The notes under the pieces: model-generated
Told to the model about the DNA's origin: nothing
The model's database searches: none
Seen by the model: the letters and a program-made list of their open reading frames with translations, nothing else
Translations under genes and position numbers: made by a program
Source: an uncultured Rikenellaceae bacterium
GTDB taxonomy: Bacteria > Bacteroidota > Bacteroidia > Bacteroidales > VadinHA17
Length of the DNA stretch: 64,000 nucleotides
Reading direction: 5' to 3'
Assembly: GCA_964638545.1 (NCBI GenBank)
Contig: CAZXAM010000012.1
Coordinates: 6,911 to 70,910 of the forward strand
Shown: positions 55,803 through 64,000 of the stretch, piece by piece
Layout of the letters: each line of letters opens with the position of its first letter
Numbering within the stretch: the stretch's first letter is position 1

Positions 55803-57837
55803 AAAATTCAATATTTGGTATTTCCGGATTTTTGCTTCTGAATATATCAGCACTTTCGACTGCCTGGAGCATATCGAACCAGGCTACACCCGCTGAAGGC
55901 ATCTGTAAGATAACATTTGTTCGCGGAGGCTGGTCGTTGTAATATGGAATTGTAACATTTGTTACATATTCTTTCCATGCTCCGGTAAGTTCGAAACGGG
56001 TTACCGCATAATCGCCAAGGGCTATTTCAAAGAACTGCTTCTTTTCCTCATTCCCGTTTTTCAAACCTTGCTCCGGATCGGCTTTGGCCCAGACCGATAT
56101 ATAATATGATCCGCCATTTCTTCCGTTAAACGGAAAAAACCTCAGCCTGATACTTTTATTTTCAGAAGGTGTTACAAGCCTGACCGAATGGTTTCCCTCA
56201 AAATGTTCCCTGGAATCAAGAAAATAGGTCGCACCCCTGTCGCCTCCTCCGCGGGCATAACATGACGCAGGTACTCCGGGACTCGAGACATCCTCAAATC
56301 CTGGATCCTTTATGAGATTTCTTGTCCATTGCTTCACTGTAACATTCTCTTTCTTCAGCCTGATAAGGTAGGCCTGAGAACCAAATGCCTGGAGATAATC
56401 TGAGAAGTCTCTGCCGTCGGGATTCACCCACCGGTTTTCGAAAAGTACTTTTACCCTTCCGGAGAATGGACTACCGACAGAAAAATCAACTCTTTGCGGA
56501 GAATTAGTTTTATTTACAGCAACAATCAAAAGCTGTCCGTCATGAAGGGCAGATGATACAATTATATTCTGATTTCCCGACCGGACAGGAACGGTCTCTT
56601 CATCGGACAGAAGCCAGGGAGTCATCTCGGCTATCTCCGACGACATTCTTCCGCATTCAGCCCAGGCTGAAGTTGATTTTGGAAATAGGTTAAGTCCCTG
56701 TCTGACAAAATACTGTATTCCCCTGGCTCCTTTTACAATTGATTGGTACGTCATTGACCTGAGCTCCTGGAGCGTCGGTTCCCTTCCCCACCATTCACCT
56801 CCGCCAAAAGCCTGGGGAACTATCCAGACAGGTTTTTTGCCGGTAAATTCGGCTGAGAGTTTGCCGGCAGCATCACCGACCATAGATATGGGGCTGTCAG
56901 GAACAGGGTAGGGGTCAGCCATCACAATATCAAGTGCTTCTGCATAGAGGCGCGACGACATGAAGGGAGCCATGAAAACAACTGTAACAGGGTGCCATGG
57001 ATCAAGTTCCCTGACTAGTTTGTAGATTTCCTGGAGCGAGTCAGGTTTTATCTTATATCCGTTAGGTTCATCTGCGATATACCATGCAAGAAGTGCGGGA
57101 TGGTCCATGAAAGCATTTATCTCCTCCCGGAGAAGCTTTTTCTTCCTCGATTCAGAAAGACCTTCTATAGTAGAGCTTACACCGCCGCCGCCGGAAACTG
57201 AAAGCAGATTGTAATGGACTTTCATTCCGAGCCGGGCGCACCTGTCCATATATGCTTTCCGCGCATTAAAAGTCTCAGGCAATACCCTCTGGTAGGGCGA
57301 TATCATGTTAAAGCCTTTTACAACTTCTTCTTCGGGGAGAGAAGGATGAACCGGTGAGTAAGTATAGAATCCGAAAGGGAAGAATTGTCTTTTGTTAACG
57401 ATAAGTCCTCCCGTGAGCCGGTCGGTTTTAACCTCGTTTGGCTTATAGCTTAGAATCCGCAGGTTGGTTTTTGCCGTGTACTTTAAATTTCCTCCCTCGA
57501 CATTAATATTTGCAATTAATATATATTCAGAAGGCTGCAGATTGAGTGCGATGGGGATCCTTGCTATTTTCTTTCCAGGAACTCCGGTCCATGAACCTAT
57601 AACCTCTCCATTATTTTCAATCTTGACAGATAATTTGCTGTAGAAAAGATCTTGCGGAACAATCAAAAGAACTTCTCCTGTGGATTCAAAGGAATAGAAG
57701 CTATAACGCGTATTTATCGAAAAAGACTTAGAATCAACGGATTGAGGCAATGCACTTTGTTCAGCCACAAGAAGAGTCAATAAAGCAAAGGCTAAAAATT
57801 TAATCCTTCTCTCTATATCCATTATTATTTTAGCCAT
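55801..57837 (-). CDS. Secreted hypothetical protein, putative TIM-barrel glycoside hydrolase with a C-terminal carbohydrate-binding-like domain
   Basis: 678 aa with a signal peptide. The central LLAWYIADEPNG motif resembles a clan GH-A acid/base region. The C-terminal ~170 aa is jelly-roll-like (DPGFED...GNHSVRL). Family not recognised. Confidence 0.4.
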   Translation of the reverse strand: MAKIIMDIERRIKFLAFALLTLLVAEQSALPQSVDSKSFSINTRYSFYSFESTGEVLLIVPQDLFYSKLSVKIENNGEVIGSWTGVPGKKIARIPIALNLQPSEYILIANINVEGGNLKYTAKTNLRILSYKPNEVKTDRLTGGLIVNKRQFFPFGFYTYSPVHPSLPEEEVVKGFNMISPYQRVLPETFNARKAYMDRCARLGMKVHYNLLSVSGGGGVSSTIEGLSESRKKKLLREEINAFMDHPALLAWYIADEPNGYKIKPDSLQEIYKLVRELDPWHPVTVVFMAPFMSSRLYAEALDIVMADPYPVPDSPISMVGDAAGKLSAEFTGKKPVWIVPQAFGGGEWWGREPTLQELRSMTYQSIVKGARGIQYFVRQGLNLFPKSTSAWAECGRMSSEIAEMTPWLLSDEETVPVRSGNQNIIVSSALHDGQLLIVAVNKTNSPQRVDFSVGSPFSGRVKVLFENRWVNPDGRDFSDYLQAFGSQAYLIRLKKENVTVKQWTRNLIKDPGFEDVSSPGVPASCYARGGGDRGATYFLDSREHFEGNHSVRLVTPSENKSIRLRFFPFNGRNGGSYYISVWAKADPEQGLKNGNEEKKQFFEIALGDYAVTRFELTGAWKEYVTNVTIPYYNDQPPRTNVILQMPSAGVAWFDMLQAVESADIFRSKNPEIPNIEF

Positions 57838-57869
57838 ATCATACGTAAATGAAGATCATAAATAATTTT

Positions 57870-58886
57870 TTACCTGAAGGTTATGTTTAGTCTGACTTCT
57901 TCGTCGGTTTTTTCACCATTTCTAATTGCCGGATTCCATGCAGGTCCCTCCGTCACGAGTCTCCTGGCTTCATTTGAAAAATCGTCTCCCGGGCTTGAGA
58001 GCACCTTGAATGATTCAATGATGCCAACAGTTGTGACTTTAAAACTTACGGCAATAACAACACTGTCACCGGTTGTCATGCTGCCAGGCAGTCGGATGTT
58101 TTCTTTCAGATAATTTTCATAGCGGCTTCTCCCCGTAACAGGAAGGGGCGGAGTATCCACCGCCTCCGTCACAACAGATTTTACCGCTGCTGCTTCTGCC
58201 ACCCTGGCGTTCTTTGCCTCTGCCTTGTATTCAGCCACCATTCCGTCGGTTACAGCAGCTGCTGGTTCGGTAACTTGGTCTGCAGCAACTTGTGAAACAG
58301 GATTCTCTTTCTCAGCCACTGCAATTTGTACAGCTGCAGGTATTTCCGTGGTATCTTGTTTTTCCTTGAACGCAAGGATTTCCTCCGTAACAGGTTCTGC
58401 TTCAGCAGAAGTATTCGTAGCATCTGTTTCATCCAAAACAGTTGTCACTTCCTGCGGTTCTGAGGCAATTCCTGTTACCTGCCCGGCAGGTTCTGCATCT
58501 TTCTTTGTATAGGCAGCATCTCTTTTTGATAAGGCTATGGAATCCTTGCTTTTTTCCATCTCTGGTTTATTCCGGTCTATGATTAAATAAACAGAGGTGA
58601 TGATCATAAGCACTGCAATTGAAGCAGCAATCCTGTAAAAAAAAGTATTCTTTCTGCCACTAACTCTTTTCCTTAGACGATTCTCAAGCTGTTTGAGATC
58701 CATGTCTGCGTCACCGGCTGAAATTTCAGAATATCCTTCATCTGCTTCCGAGGCAAAGGGATCTTTCTGCAGCTTTCTCTGGAAAGCATTCTCTTGTCTC
58801 TTTGTCATCTCACCGCGAATGTAGCGCTGGAAATCAGAGAGCGATCTTTGGGTATTATTCTTTTCCTTTTTCATTCTTCTCTTCAA
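57870..58886 (-). CDS. Membrane anti-sigma-like protein with a C-terminal TonB-C-like domain
   Basis: 338 aa. Cytoplasmic N-terminus, one TM helix (IAASIAVLMIITSVYLII), an Ala/Glu/Thr/Val-rich linker and a C-terminal TonB-like fold. Overlaps the sigma gene by 32 nt. Confidence 0.55.
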   Translation of the reverse strand: MKRRMKKEKNNTQRSLSDFQRYIRGEMTKRQENAFQRKLQKDPFASEADEGYSEISAGDADMDLKQLENRLRKRVSGRKNTFFYRIAASIAVLMIITSVYLIIDRNKPEMEKSKDSIALSKRDAAYTKKDAEPAGQVTGIASEPQEVTTVLDETDATNTSAEAEPVTEEILAFKEKQDTTEIPAAVQIAVAEKENPVSQVAADQVTEPAAAVTDGMVAEYKAEAKNARVAEAAAVKSVVTEAVDTPPLPVTGRSRYENYLKENIRLPGSMTTGDSVVIAVSFKVTTVGIIESFKVLSSPGDDFSNEARRLVTEGPAWNPAIRNGEKTDEEVRLNITFR

Positions 58887-59466
58887 TGCAAAGTTTCAGA
58901 TTTCTTTTACCATTCTGAAGATTACTCTTCACCTTTTTTTCGTCGATGCCCAGATTATTTGCTATCTCGCTGTAGCATTTGTTTTCATAATAGAACTGCC
59001 GGATGCATTCTTTCTGCTCACCCTTAAGTCTTTCAACACAATCTGCAAGCACATTGTCAATTTCATAATCTTCGTTGTCAATAGGATGCAAAAAAGTGTT
59101 GGTTTCCATAAAATTCCCGGGATCAAGTGTCCATTCGCTGAAACGCTGGTCTTCTGATTTCTTCGATCTGAGCTGCATTAAGCAATAATTCTTTGTAACT
59201 ACATGAAGCCAGCTCCGGAAATTTTCAATCTTTTGTTTTGGGATCTCAACGATGAGCTTCTCGAAGATCTGCATGACGGCATCCATCGATTCTTCCCTGT
59301 CCTTAAGGTACTTCAGGCACACACCGTATACGAGGTGCATATAGTCCCGGTAGAGTTCACCAAGAACTTCAAGATCACCGGTCGAAGTGAATTCCGTTAT
59401 GAGTTCATCTTCTGATCTTTTCTTCGATATTTTTCCTGAAAGCTTAAATGGCATTAAGTATCTCAA
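58855..59466 (-). CDS. ECF-type RNA polymerase sigma factor
   Basis: 203 aa with region 2 (MDAVMQIFEKLI..FRSWLHVVTKN) and region 4 (KCYSEIANNLGIDEKKVKSNLQNGKRNL). Confidence 0.8.
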   Translation of the reverse strand: MRYLMPFKLSGKISKKRSEDELITEFTSTGDLEVLGELYRDYMHLVYGVCLKYLKDREESMDAVMQIFEKLIVEIPKQKIENFRSWLHVVTKNYCLMQLRSKKSEDQRFSEWTLDPGNFMETNTFLHPIDNEDYEIDNVLADCVERLKGEQKECIRQFYYENKCYSEIANNLGIDEKKVKSNLQNGKRNLKLCIEEKNEKGKE

Positions 59467-59472
59467 AAATTG

Positions 59473-59558
59473 TTACACAGAGGAAATCCAGAGAAGCGCA
59501 GAGAAAAAAACTCTGTGGAACTCTGTGCCTTCTCTGTGTCACTCTGTGTAAGTTCTTC
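59473..59558. repeat. 10-nt-phased inverted-repeat element, copy E3
   Basis: TTACACAGAGGAAATCCAGAGAAGCGCAGAG, an A7 loop, then CTCTGTG at 59511, 59521, 59532 and 59543, ending in CTCTGTGTAAGTTCTT (59543-59558). Confidence 0.9.
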
Positions 59559-59668
59559 TTTATAATTATCTCTAAAGATAATCCAAAATAGAAAAAGTGG
59601 GTTCTCATTTATGGAATTAGGGAAATTCCTGCATCCTATGAGAAAAGTTTAACCAAAATCTCAAAGTC

Positions 59669-61528
59669 ATGAAAAACATTTTAAAAGTATTCGTTATAAT
59701 GCTCCTTGCAGCAATCGTGATCGCATTCACTGAAACAAGGACCATTACAGGAAAAGTCACGAGCAACGGTGGAACTCCTTTGGCAGGCGCTATGGTAAAG
59801 GTGAAAGGAGCTCCGACAGGGACCATCACCGATCTTAAGGGCAATTATAAAATCACTGTCAGTCAGGAAGACAGGGTGCTTGTTTTTTCCCTTTCAGGAT
59901 ATGTCACCGAGGAACGGAAGATTGGAGAACGAACTGTTATTGACGTAATTATGAATCCGGTACCAATTGTTGTGCAGGATCAGGTTCTCATGGAAGCTGA
60001 AAGTAAAAGTAAAAGGGATTACGCTTCCACAGCTTTTCCTGCTGTTGCCGGAATGGCTTATGAATCGGGAACCTATTTCCAGCGATACAACAACAATTTT
60101 AACACGGAAGGTTATGCCTCGGTTAATGAAAACGGTTTTAAGAATGTCAGAAACAACCCGCTTTCAACTTTCTCAATCGACGTTGATAATGCGTCGTACT
60201 CAAACATCCGCAGGTTCATCAACTCAGGAAGTCTGCCACCGGCAGATGCCGTGAGGATAGAAGAGATGATCAATTACTTCAAATATGATTATCCTGAACC
60301 CGGGAAGGAACATCCGTTCTCCGTTTACACCGAGCTGGCAACATGCCCCTGGAATACCAGGCATCAGCTTCTGCAGGTTGGATTAAGGGGAAGAAGCATC
60401 GACAAGGCATCTCTTCCGCCCTCAAACCTGGTTTTTCTCATCGATGTGTCAGGTTCAATGAACTCACCCAATAAGCTTCCGCTCCTGAAGTCGGCTTTTT
60501 CTTTGCTGGTCAACGAGCTGAGACCGCAGGACCATGTTGCAATTGTTGTTTACGCAGGTGCTGCCGGACTTGTGCTCGAATCAACTCCTGGAAACAGGAA
60601 AGAATTGATAATGAATGCAATAGACAATCTTGAAGCCGGAGGTTCCACAGCAGGAGGAGCTGGCCTGAGACTTGCCTATAAGGAAGCCGGGAAAAACTTT
60701 ATAAAGGGTGGAAACAACAGGATCATCCTTGCCACAGATGGAGATTTCAATGTTGGTGAATCAAGCAACGGAGGCATGGAAAGACTTGTGGAGGAAAAGA
60801 GAGAACTTGGGGTCTTCATTACCGTGCTGGGTTTCGGAATGGGTAACTATAAGGATGACAAGATGGAAATAATAGCTGACAAGGGCAATGGCAATTATTC
60901 CTATATCGATAATCTGCAGGAGGCCCGCAGGATTCTCGTCCGGGAATTTGGCGGAACACTTTTCACTATTGCAAAGGATGTTAAATTCCAGCTGGAATTC
61001 AATCCTTCCAAAGTCGATTCTTACAGACTTATCGGTTATGAAAACAGGCTTTTGAACGATGAGGATTTTAATGATGATACTAAGGATGCCGGAGAGATGG
61101 GATCGGGGCATATGGTTACAGCCCTTTATGAGATTGTACCTGCCGGATCAGGCGAAAAGATGCCATCGGTCGATCCACTTAAGTATCAGGTATCGCCAAG
61201 GACAGAAGATGAAAATTATTCTTCCGAGCTCCTGACTATAAAGGTGCGTTACAAGCAGCCTGACGGCATTACAAGCAAGCTTCTGGAAAAGCCAGTGAGA
61301 AGCAGCTCTTTTTCTATCGAAGAGGTTTCTGACAACCTCAGGTTTGCAGCTGCAGTCGTCGAGTTCGGGATGATACTCAGAGAATCTGAATTCAAGGGAA
61401 CAGCTACTCTCGATGGTGCTGCAAGACTTGCCAGATCAGCCAAAGGAGAAGACGAGGATGGCTACAGGTCGGAGCTTGTAAGATTGATTGAAACAGTCAG
61501 AAGCATGAGGACTATTTCCGACAGGTGA
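59669..61528 (+). CDS. von Willebrand factor type A domain protein (YfbK-like) with an N-terminal CarboxypepD_reg-like domain
   Basis: 619 aa with a signal peptide and MIDAS motif (FLIDVSGSM). The C-terminal region is DUF3520-like. Confidence 0.8.
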   Translation: MKNILKVFVIMLLAAIVIAFTETRTITGKVTSNGGTPLAGAMVKVKGAPTGTITDLKGNYKITVSQEDRVLVFSLSGYVTEERKIGERTVIDVIMNPVPIVVQDQVLMEAESKSKRDYASTAFPAVAGMAYESGTYFQRYNNNFNTEGYASVNENGFKNVRNNPLSTFSIDVDNASYSNIRRFINSGSLPPADAVRIEEMINYFKYDYPEPGKEHPFSVYTELATCPWNTRHQLLQVGLRGRSIDKASLPPSNLVFLIDVSGSMNSPNKLPLLKSAFSLLVNELRPQDHVAIVVYAGAAGLVLESTPGNRKELIMNAIDNLEAGGSTAGGAGLRLAYKEAGKNFIKGGNNRIILATDGDFNVGESSNGGMERLVEEKRELGVFITVLGFGMGNYKDDKMEIIADKGNGNYSYIDNLQEARRILVREFGGTLFTIAKDVKFQLEFNPSKVDSYRLIGYENRLLNDEDFNDDTKDAGEMGSGHMVTALYEIVPAGSGEKMPSVDPLKYQVSPRTEDENYSSELLTIKVRYKQPDGITSKLLEKPVRSSSFSIEEVSDNLRFAAAVVEFGMILRESEFKGTATLDGAARLARSAKGEDEDGYRSELVRLIETVRSMRTISDR

Positions 61529-61535
61529 AAGCTTT

Positions 61536-61584
61536 CCCGCAGATTACGCAGATACTGAAAATTGTTTCTGCGAAGATCAGCGGG
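61536..61584. terminator. Two-tier hairpin between the convergent VWA gene and gltD
   Basis: CCCGC..GCGGG forms the outer stem and CGCAGA..TCTGCG the inner stem. There is no clear U-tract. TTACGCAGAT loosely resembles the TTACACAGAG repeat arm. Confidence 0.35.
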
Positions 61585-61591
61585 TGAAGAA

Positions 61592-63013
61592 TCACAATGT
61601 ATTCAGAAATAAATCGATCGCCTTCGCAGTTTTACGTCCGGAGGCGATCGCATTTACCACCAGGCTTGCACCTGAAACAGTATCTCCGGCAGCAAAAACT
61701 TTAGGATGGCTTGTAGCCATTAAGTCGTTTACTTTAACGTTTTTCCTGCCATCCAGTTCCAGTCCGAGTTCAGTAATTAATCCTTCCAGTACAGGATGCT
61801 CAAATCCGAGAGCAAGCAGAACCATATCTGTTTCTATTACTCTCCGGGTTCCCCCGACAGGTCTCATTATAAATTTTCCGTCTGCTTTTTCCCATTCCAC
61901 ATTTTCCACTTCAGCTCCCCTGGTTTTTCTTCCGTCGCCTACAAACCTCAGTGTTGAAATGTTCCAGAACCGTTCAACACCTTCCTCATGAGAGGTAGAG
62001 GTTTTCAGCACCTTGCTGTAAAAGGGCCACGGATTTTCAGGTGTCCTTTCCTGCGGGGGCTTTGGAAGTATTTCTATTTGGGTAACGCTCTCTGCCCTTT
62101 GGCGTATTGCGGTTCCTACACAATCTGAACCAGTGTCGCCTCCTCCGATCACCAGGACTTTCTTTCCTTCAGCCACGATTTTATTTTCACCCGCCGGCAT
62201 AAGGTTCGAATTGACCCTGTTCTGGGCTGAAAGGAAATCCATTGCATAATAGATACCCTCAAATTCGCTTCCGTCAATATTCAGACGCCGGGGATGTCCC
62301 GAGCCAATTGCGATGCAAATCGCGTCGTAGTTGGTTATCAGATCACTCATCGACATATCCTGCCCTATACTTACTCCTGTTCTGATTTGAACACCTTCCT
62401 TTTCCATCAGGGAAAGCCTTCTTTCGACAACAGCTTTGCTAAGTTTGAAGTCGGGGATCCCAAATCTTAAAAGTCCTCCCGCTTTCTCGTCCTTTTCAAG
62501 TAATGTAACAGTATGGCCTGCTTTGTTCAGCAGGTCTGCTGCAGCCATTCCTGCCGGTCCGCTTCCAATAATGGCAACCGTTTTTCCACTTCTCTTTTTA
62601 GGAGGATTGGGTTTGATGTAACCTTCAGCAAAGGCCCTTTCAGTGATTGCTACTTCATTTTCACGGATGGTAACTGGTTCACGGCCGATATTAAGGACAC
62701 ATGCATGTTCACAACTTGCCGGACATATCCTTCCCGTGAACTCAGGAAAGTTATTCGTTGCATAAAGCCTCTCATATGCTGTTCTCCAGTCACCTTTGAA
62801 CAAAAGGTCGTTCCATTCAGGTATCAGGTTGTCGACCGGACAGCTCCAATGGCAGAATGGTATTCCGCAATCCATGCACCTGGCAGCTTGAAGCATCCTG
62901 TCCTCGCTGTTAAGCACCTGTTCAACTTCGCTGAAATCGCAGACTCTTTCATTAATAGGTCTGTTTCCTGCTTCTTTTCTCTTGATTTTTAAAAAACCTG
63001 TTACATCACCCAT
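61592..63013 (-). CDS. gltD: Glutamate synthase (NADPH) small subunit
   Basis: 473 aa. N-terminal Fe-S Cys clusters (CMDCGIPFC), with FAD/NAD sites (VAIIGSGPAGMAAA, VLVIGGGDTGSD). Confidence 0.92.
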   Translation of the reverse strand: MGDVTGFLKIKRKEAGNRPINERVCDFSEVEQVLNSEDRMLQAARCMDCGIPFCHWSCPVDNLIPEWNDLLFKGDWRTAYERLYATNNFPEFTGRICPASCEHACVLNIGREPVTIRENEVAITERAFAEGYIKPNPPKKRSGKTVAIIGSGPAGMAAADLLNKAGHTVTLLEKDEKAGGLLRFGIPDFKLSKAVVERRLSLMEKEGVQIRTGVSIGQDMSMSDLITNYDAICIAIGSGHPRRLNIDGSEFEGIYYAMDFLSAQNRVNSNLMPAGENKIVAEGKKVLVIGGGDTGSDCVGTAIRQRAESVTQIEILPKPPQERTPENPWPFYSKVLKTSTSHEEGVERFWNISTLRFVGDGRKTRGAEVENVEWEKADGKFIMRPVGGTRRVIETDMVLLALGFEHPVLEGLITELGLELDGRKNVKVNDLMATSHPKVFAAGDTVSGASLVVNAIASGRKTAKAIDLFLNTL

Positions 63014-63047
63014 TGCGCCTTGTTTTAAAGTTCAACAAATTTCGCTT

Positions 63048-64000
63048 TTAGTTTCCTGCTCCGAATTCAACATCCATTTCCACACCGGCAATCTTCTTTC
63101 TGAGCTCTTCGAGTTTTTGTTCCTGAAGGACTTTTTTATAATCGTATGGAATAACTTTTATGAACATGGGAAAATACTTATCCGGGTCGTCTATTATCAT
63201 TTTCGCCTTCTTGCTCCCGGTGAAATGATGATGAAGTGTAATGAAGCTGGTCAGCTCCATCATGTCGTTCACATCTTCAACAAGAGAAAGCTCTACCATT
63301 CCCATGTTGCAGTAGTAATCGAAATCGTTGTGTTCGTTGAATACATAAGCTATGCCGCCGCTCATCCCTGCAGCAAAGTTGCTGCCTGTTCTTCCAAGGA
63401 CAACTATGCGACCCCCTGTCATATATTCACAACAATGGTTTCCGACACCTTCCACAACCGCGTTTGCTCCGCTGTTTCTTACGCCGAACCTTTCCCCGGC
63501 AATCCCGGAAATATATATCTCGCCGCTTGTAGCGCCATAAAGGACGGTATTCCCGATAATTATATTCTTGTCAGCTTCGAAGACAGAGCCGGCAGGAGGA
63601 ACAACAATTATCCTTCCTCCGGAGAGACCTTTTCCAAGGTAATCATTTGAATCTCCCTCCAGGTAGAGTTCGACACCCGGAGCCAGGAATGCCCCGAAGC
63701 TCTGTCCGGCAGATCCTCTGAAGCGACACTTTATCGATCCATCCGGAAGGCCTGCTGATCCATATACAGAGGCTATTTTACCGGAGAGCATTGCACCAGT
63801 TGTTCTGTCGGTGTTCCTGATGGTCTTTTCAATCACTGCCTGCTCTTTGCCAGTCAGAGCTTTTTCAGCTTCAGCGATTAACTCATTATCAAGGACATTT
63901 AAGGTTTTGCTTTCCTGTTTTTCCACAAAATGCATAGGAACCGTCTCTGACACCTCAGGCATGGCAAGCAGCCCTGACAGATCGATGTTTTTGATTTTCC
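63048..64000 (-). CDS. gltB: Glutamate synthase large subunit, C-terminal part (the gene continues beyond the window)
   Basis: GXGXG beta-helix domain (GSAGQSFGAFLAPGVELYLEGDSNDYLGKGLSGGRIIV...). The reading frame stays open to position 64000. Confidence 0.9.
   Translation of the reverse strand, partial: KIKNIDLSGLLAMPEVSETVPMHFVEKQESKTLNVLDNELIAEAEKALTGKEQAVIEKTIRNTDRTTGAMLSGKIASVYGSAGLPDGSIKCRFRGSAGQSFGAFLAPGVELYLEGDSNDYLGKGLSGGRIIVVPPAGSVFEADKNIIIGNTVLYGATSGEIYISGIAGERFGVRNSGANAVVEGVGNHCCEYMTGGRIVVLGRTGSNFAAGMSGGIAYVFNEHNDFDYYCNMGMVELSLVEDVNDMMELTSFITLHHHFTGSKKAKMIIDDPDKYFPMFIKVIPYDYKKVLQEQKLEELRKKIAGVEMDVEFGAGN

Noticed and set aside
1-64000. A search for mobile elements, prophage, defence islands, toxin-antitoxin pairs, tRNA/rRNA/tmRNA and riboswitches.
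   Set aside because: No integrase, transposase, recombinase, restriction, Cas, Abi or toxin-like ORF was recognised. No intergenic region has tRNA-like T-arm/acceptor features or a riboswitch core that I can identify by eye. Absence of small structured RNAs cannot be proven without covariance-model searches (Rfam/Infernal, tRNAscan-SE).

Overview
This 64-kb window reads as a core-chromosome segment of an anaerobic member of the Bacteroidota. The evidence is repeated TAnnTTTG -7 promoter boxes, DUF4835/DUF1573/DUF3276/DUF5606 genes, ftsK-lolA and nusB-DUF1573-yajC-ybbR-coaE synteny, and GH127 enzymes. I call 53 tightly packed protein-coding genes on both strands. I found no rRNA, tRNA, CRISPR array, transposase, integrase, phage gene or recognisable defence gene. 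Gene content: coaBC (frameshifted), recN, fabI, hutI-ftcD, ftsK-lolA, arcC-argF, nusB..coaE, speB, mazG, phoH, purC. Also two ECF sigma modules, a patatin-Omp85 protein, ygiQ, and two GH127-type enzymes plus one unclassified putative glycoside hydrolase. Also a four-gene electron-bifurcating-type [FeFe]-hydrogenase operon (Trx-like/hydB/hydA/hydC), a DPP-IV-like S9 peptidase, pntAA-pntAB-pntB, an M24 aminopeptidase, a VWA protein, gltD and the 3' end of gltB. I did not find a convincing new multi-gene protein system. The most unusual signals are non-coding. (1) A GC-clamp double-hairpin element occurs twice in opposite orientations, and it supplies the last codons and the TAA stop of hutI and mazG in the same frame. 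(2) A family of inverted-repeat elements is built from 10-nt-phased CACAGAG/CTCTGTG modules. All three main copies end in the identical 16-mer CTCTGTGTAAGTTCTT, and they cluster at gene boundaries between 53.4 and 59.6 kb. (3) Tandem 18-bp palindromes matching the clostridial-type Rex operator lie upstream of the hydrogenase operon, with a weaker one upstream of pntAB. (4) An (AACCAGC)n heptanucleotide array lies upstream of yajC. (5) A thioredoxin-like ferredoxin paralog with no cysteines leads the hyd operon.
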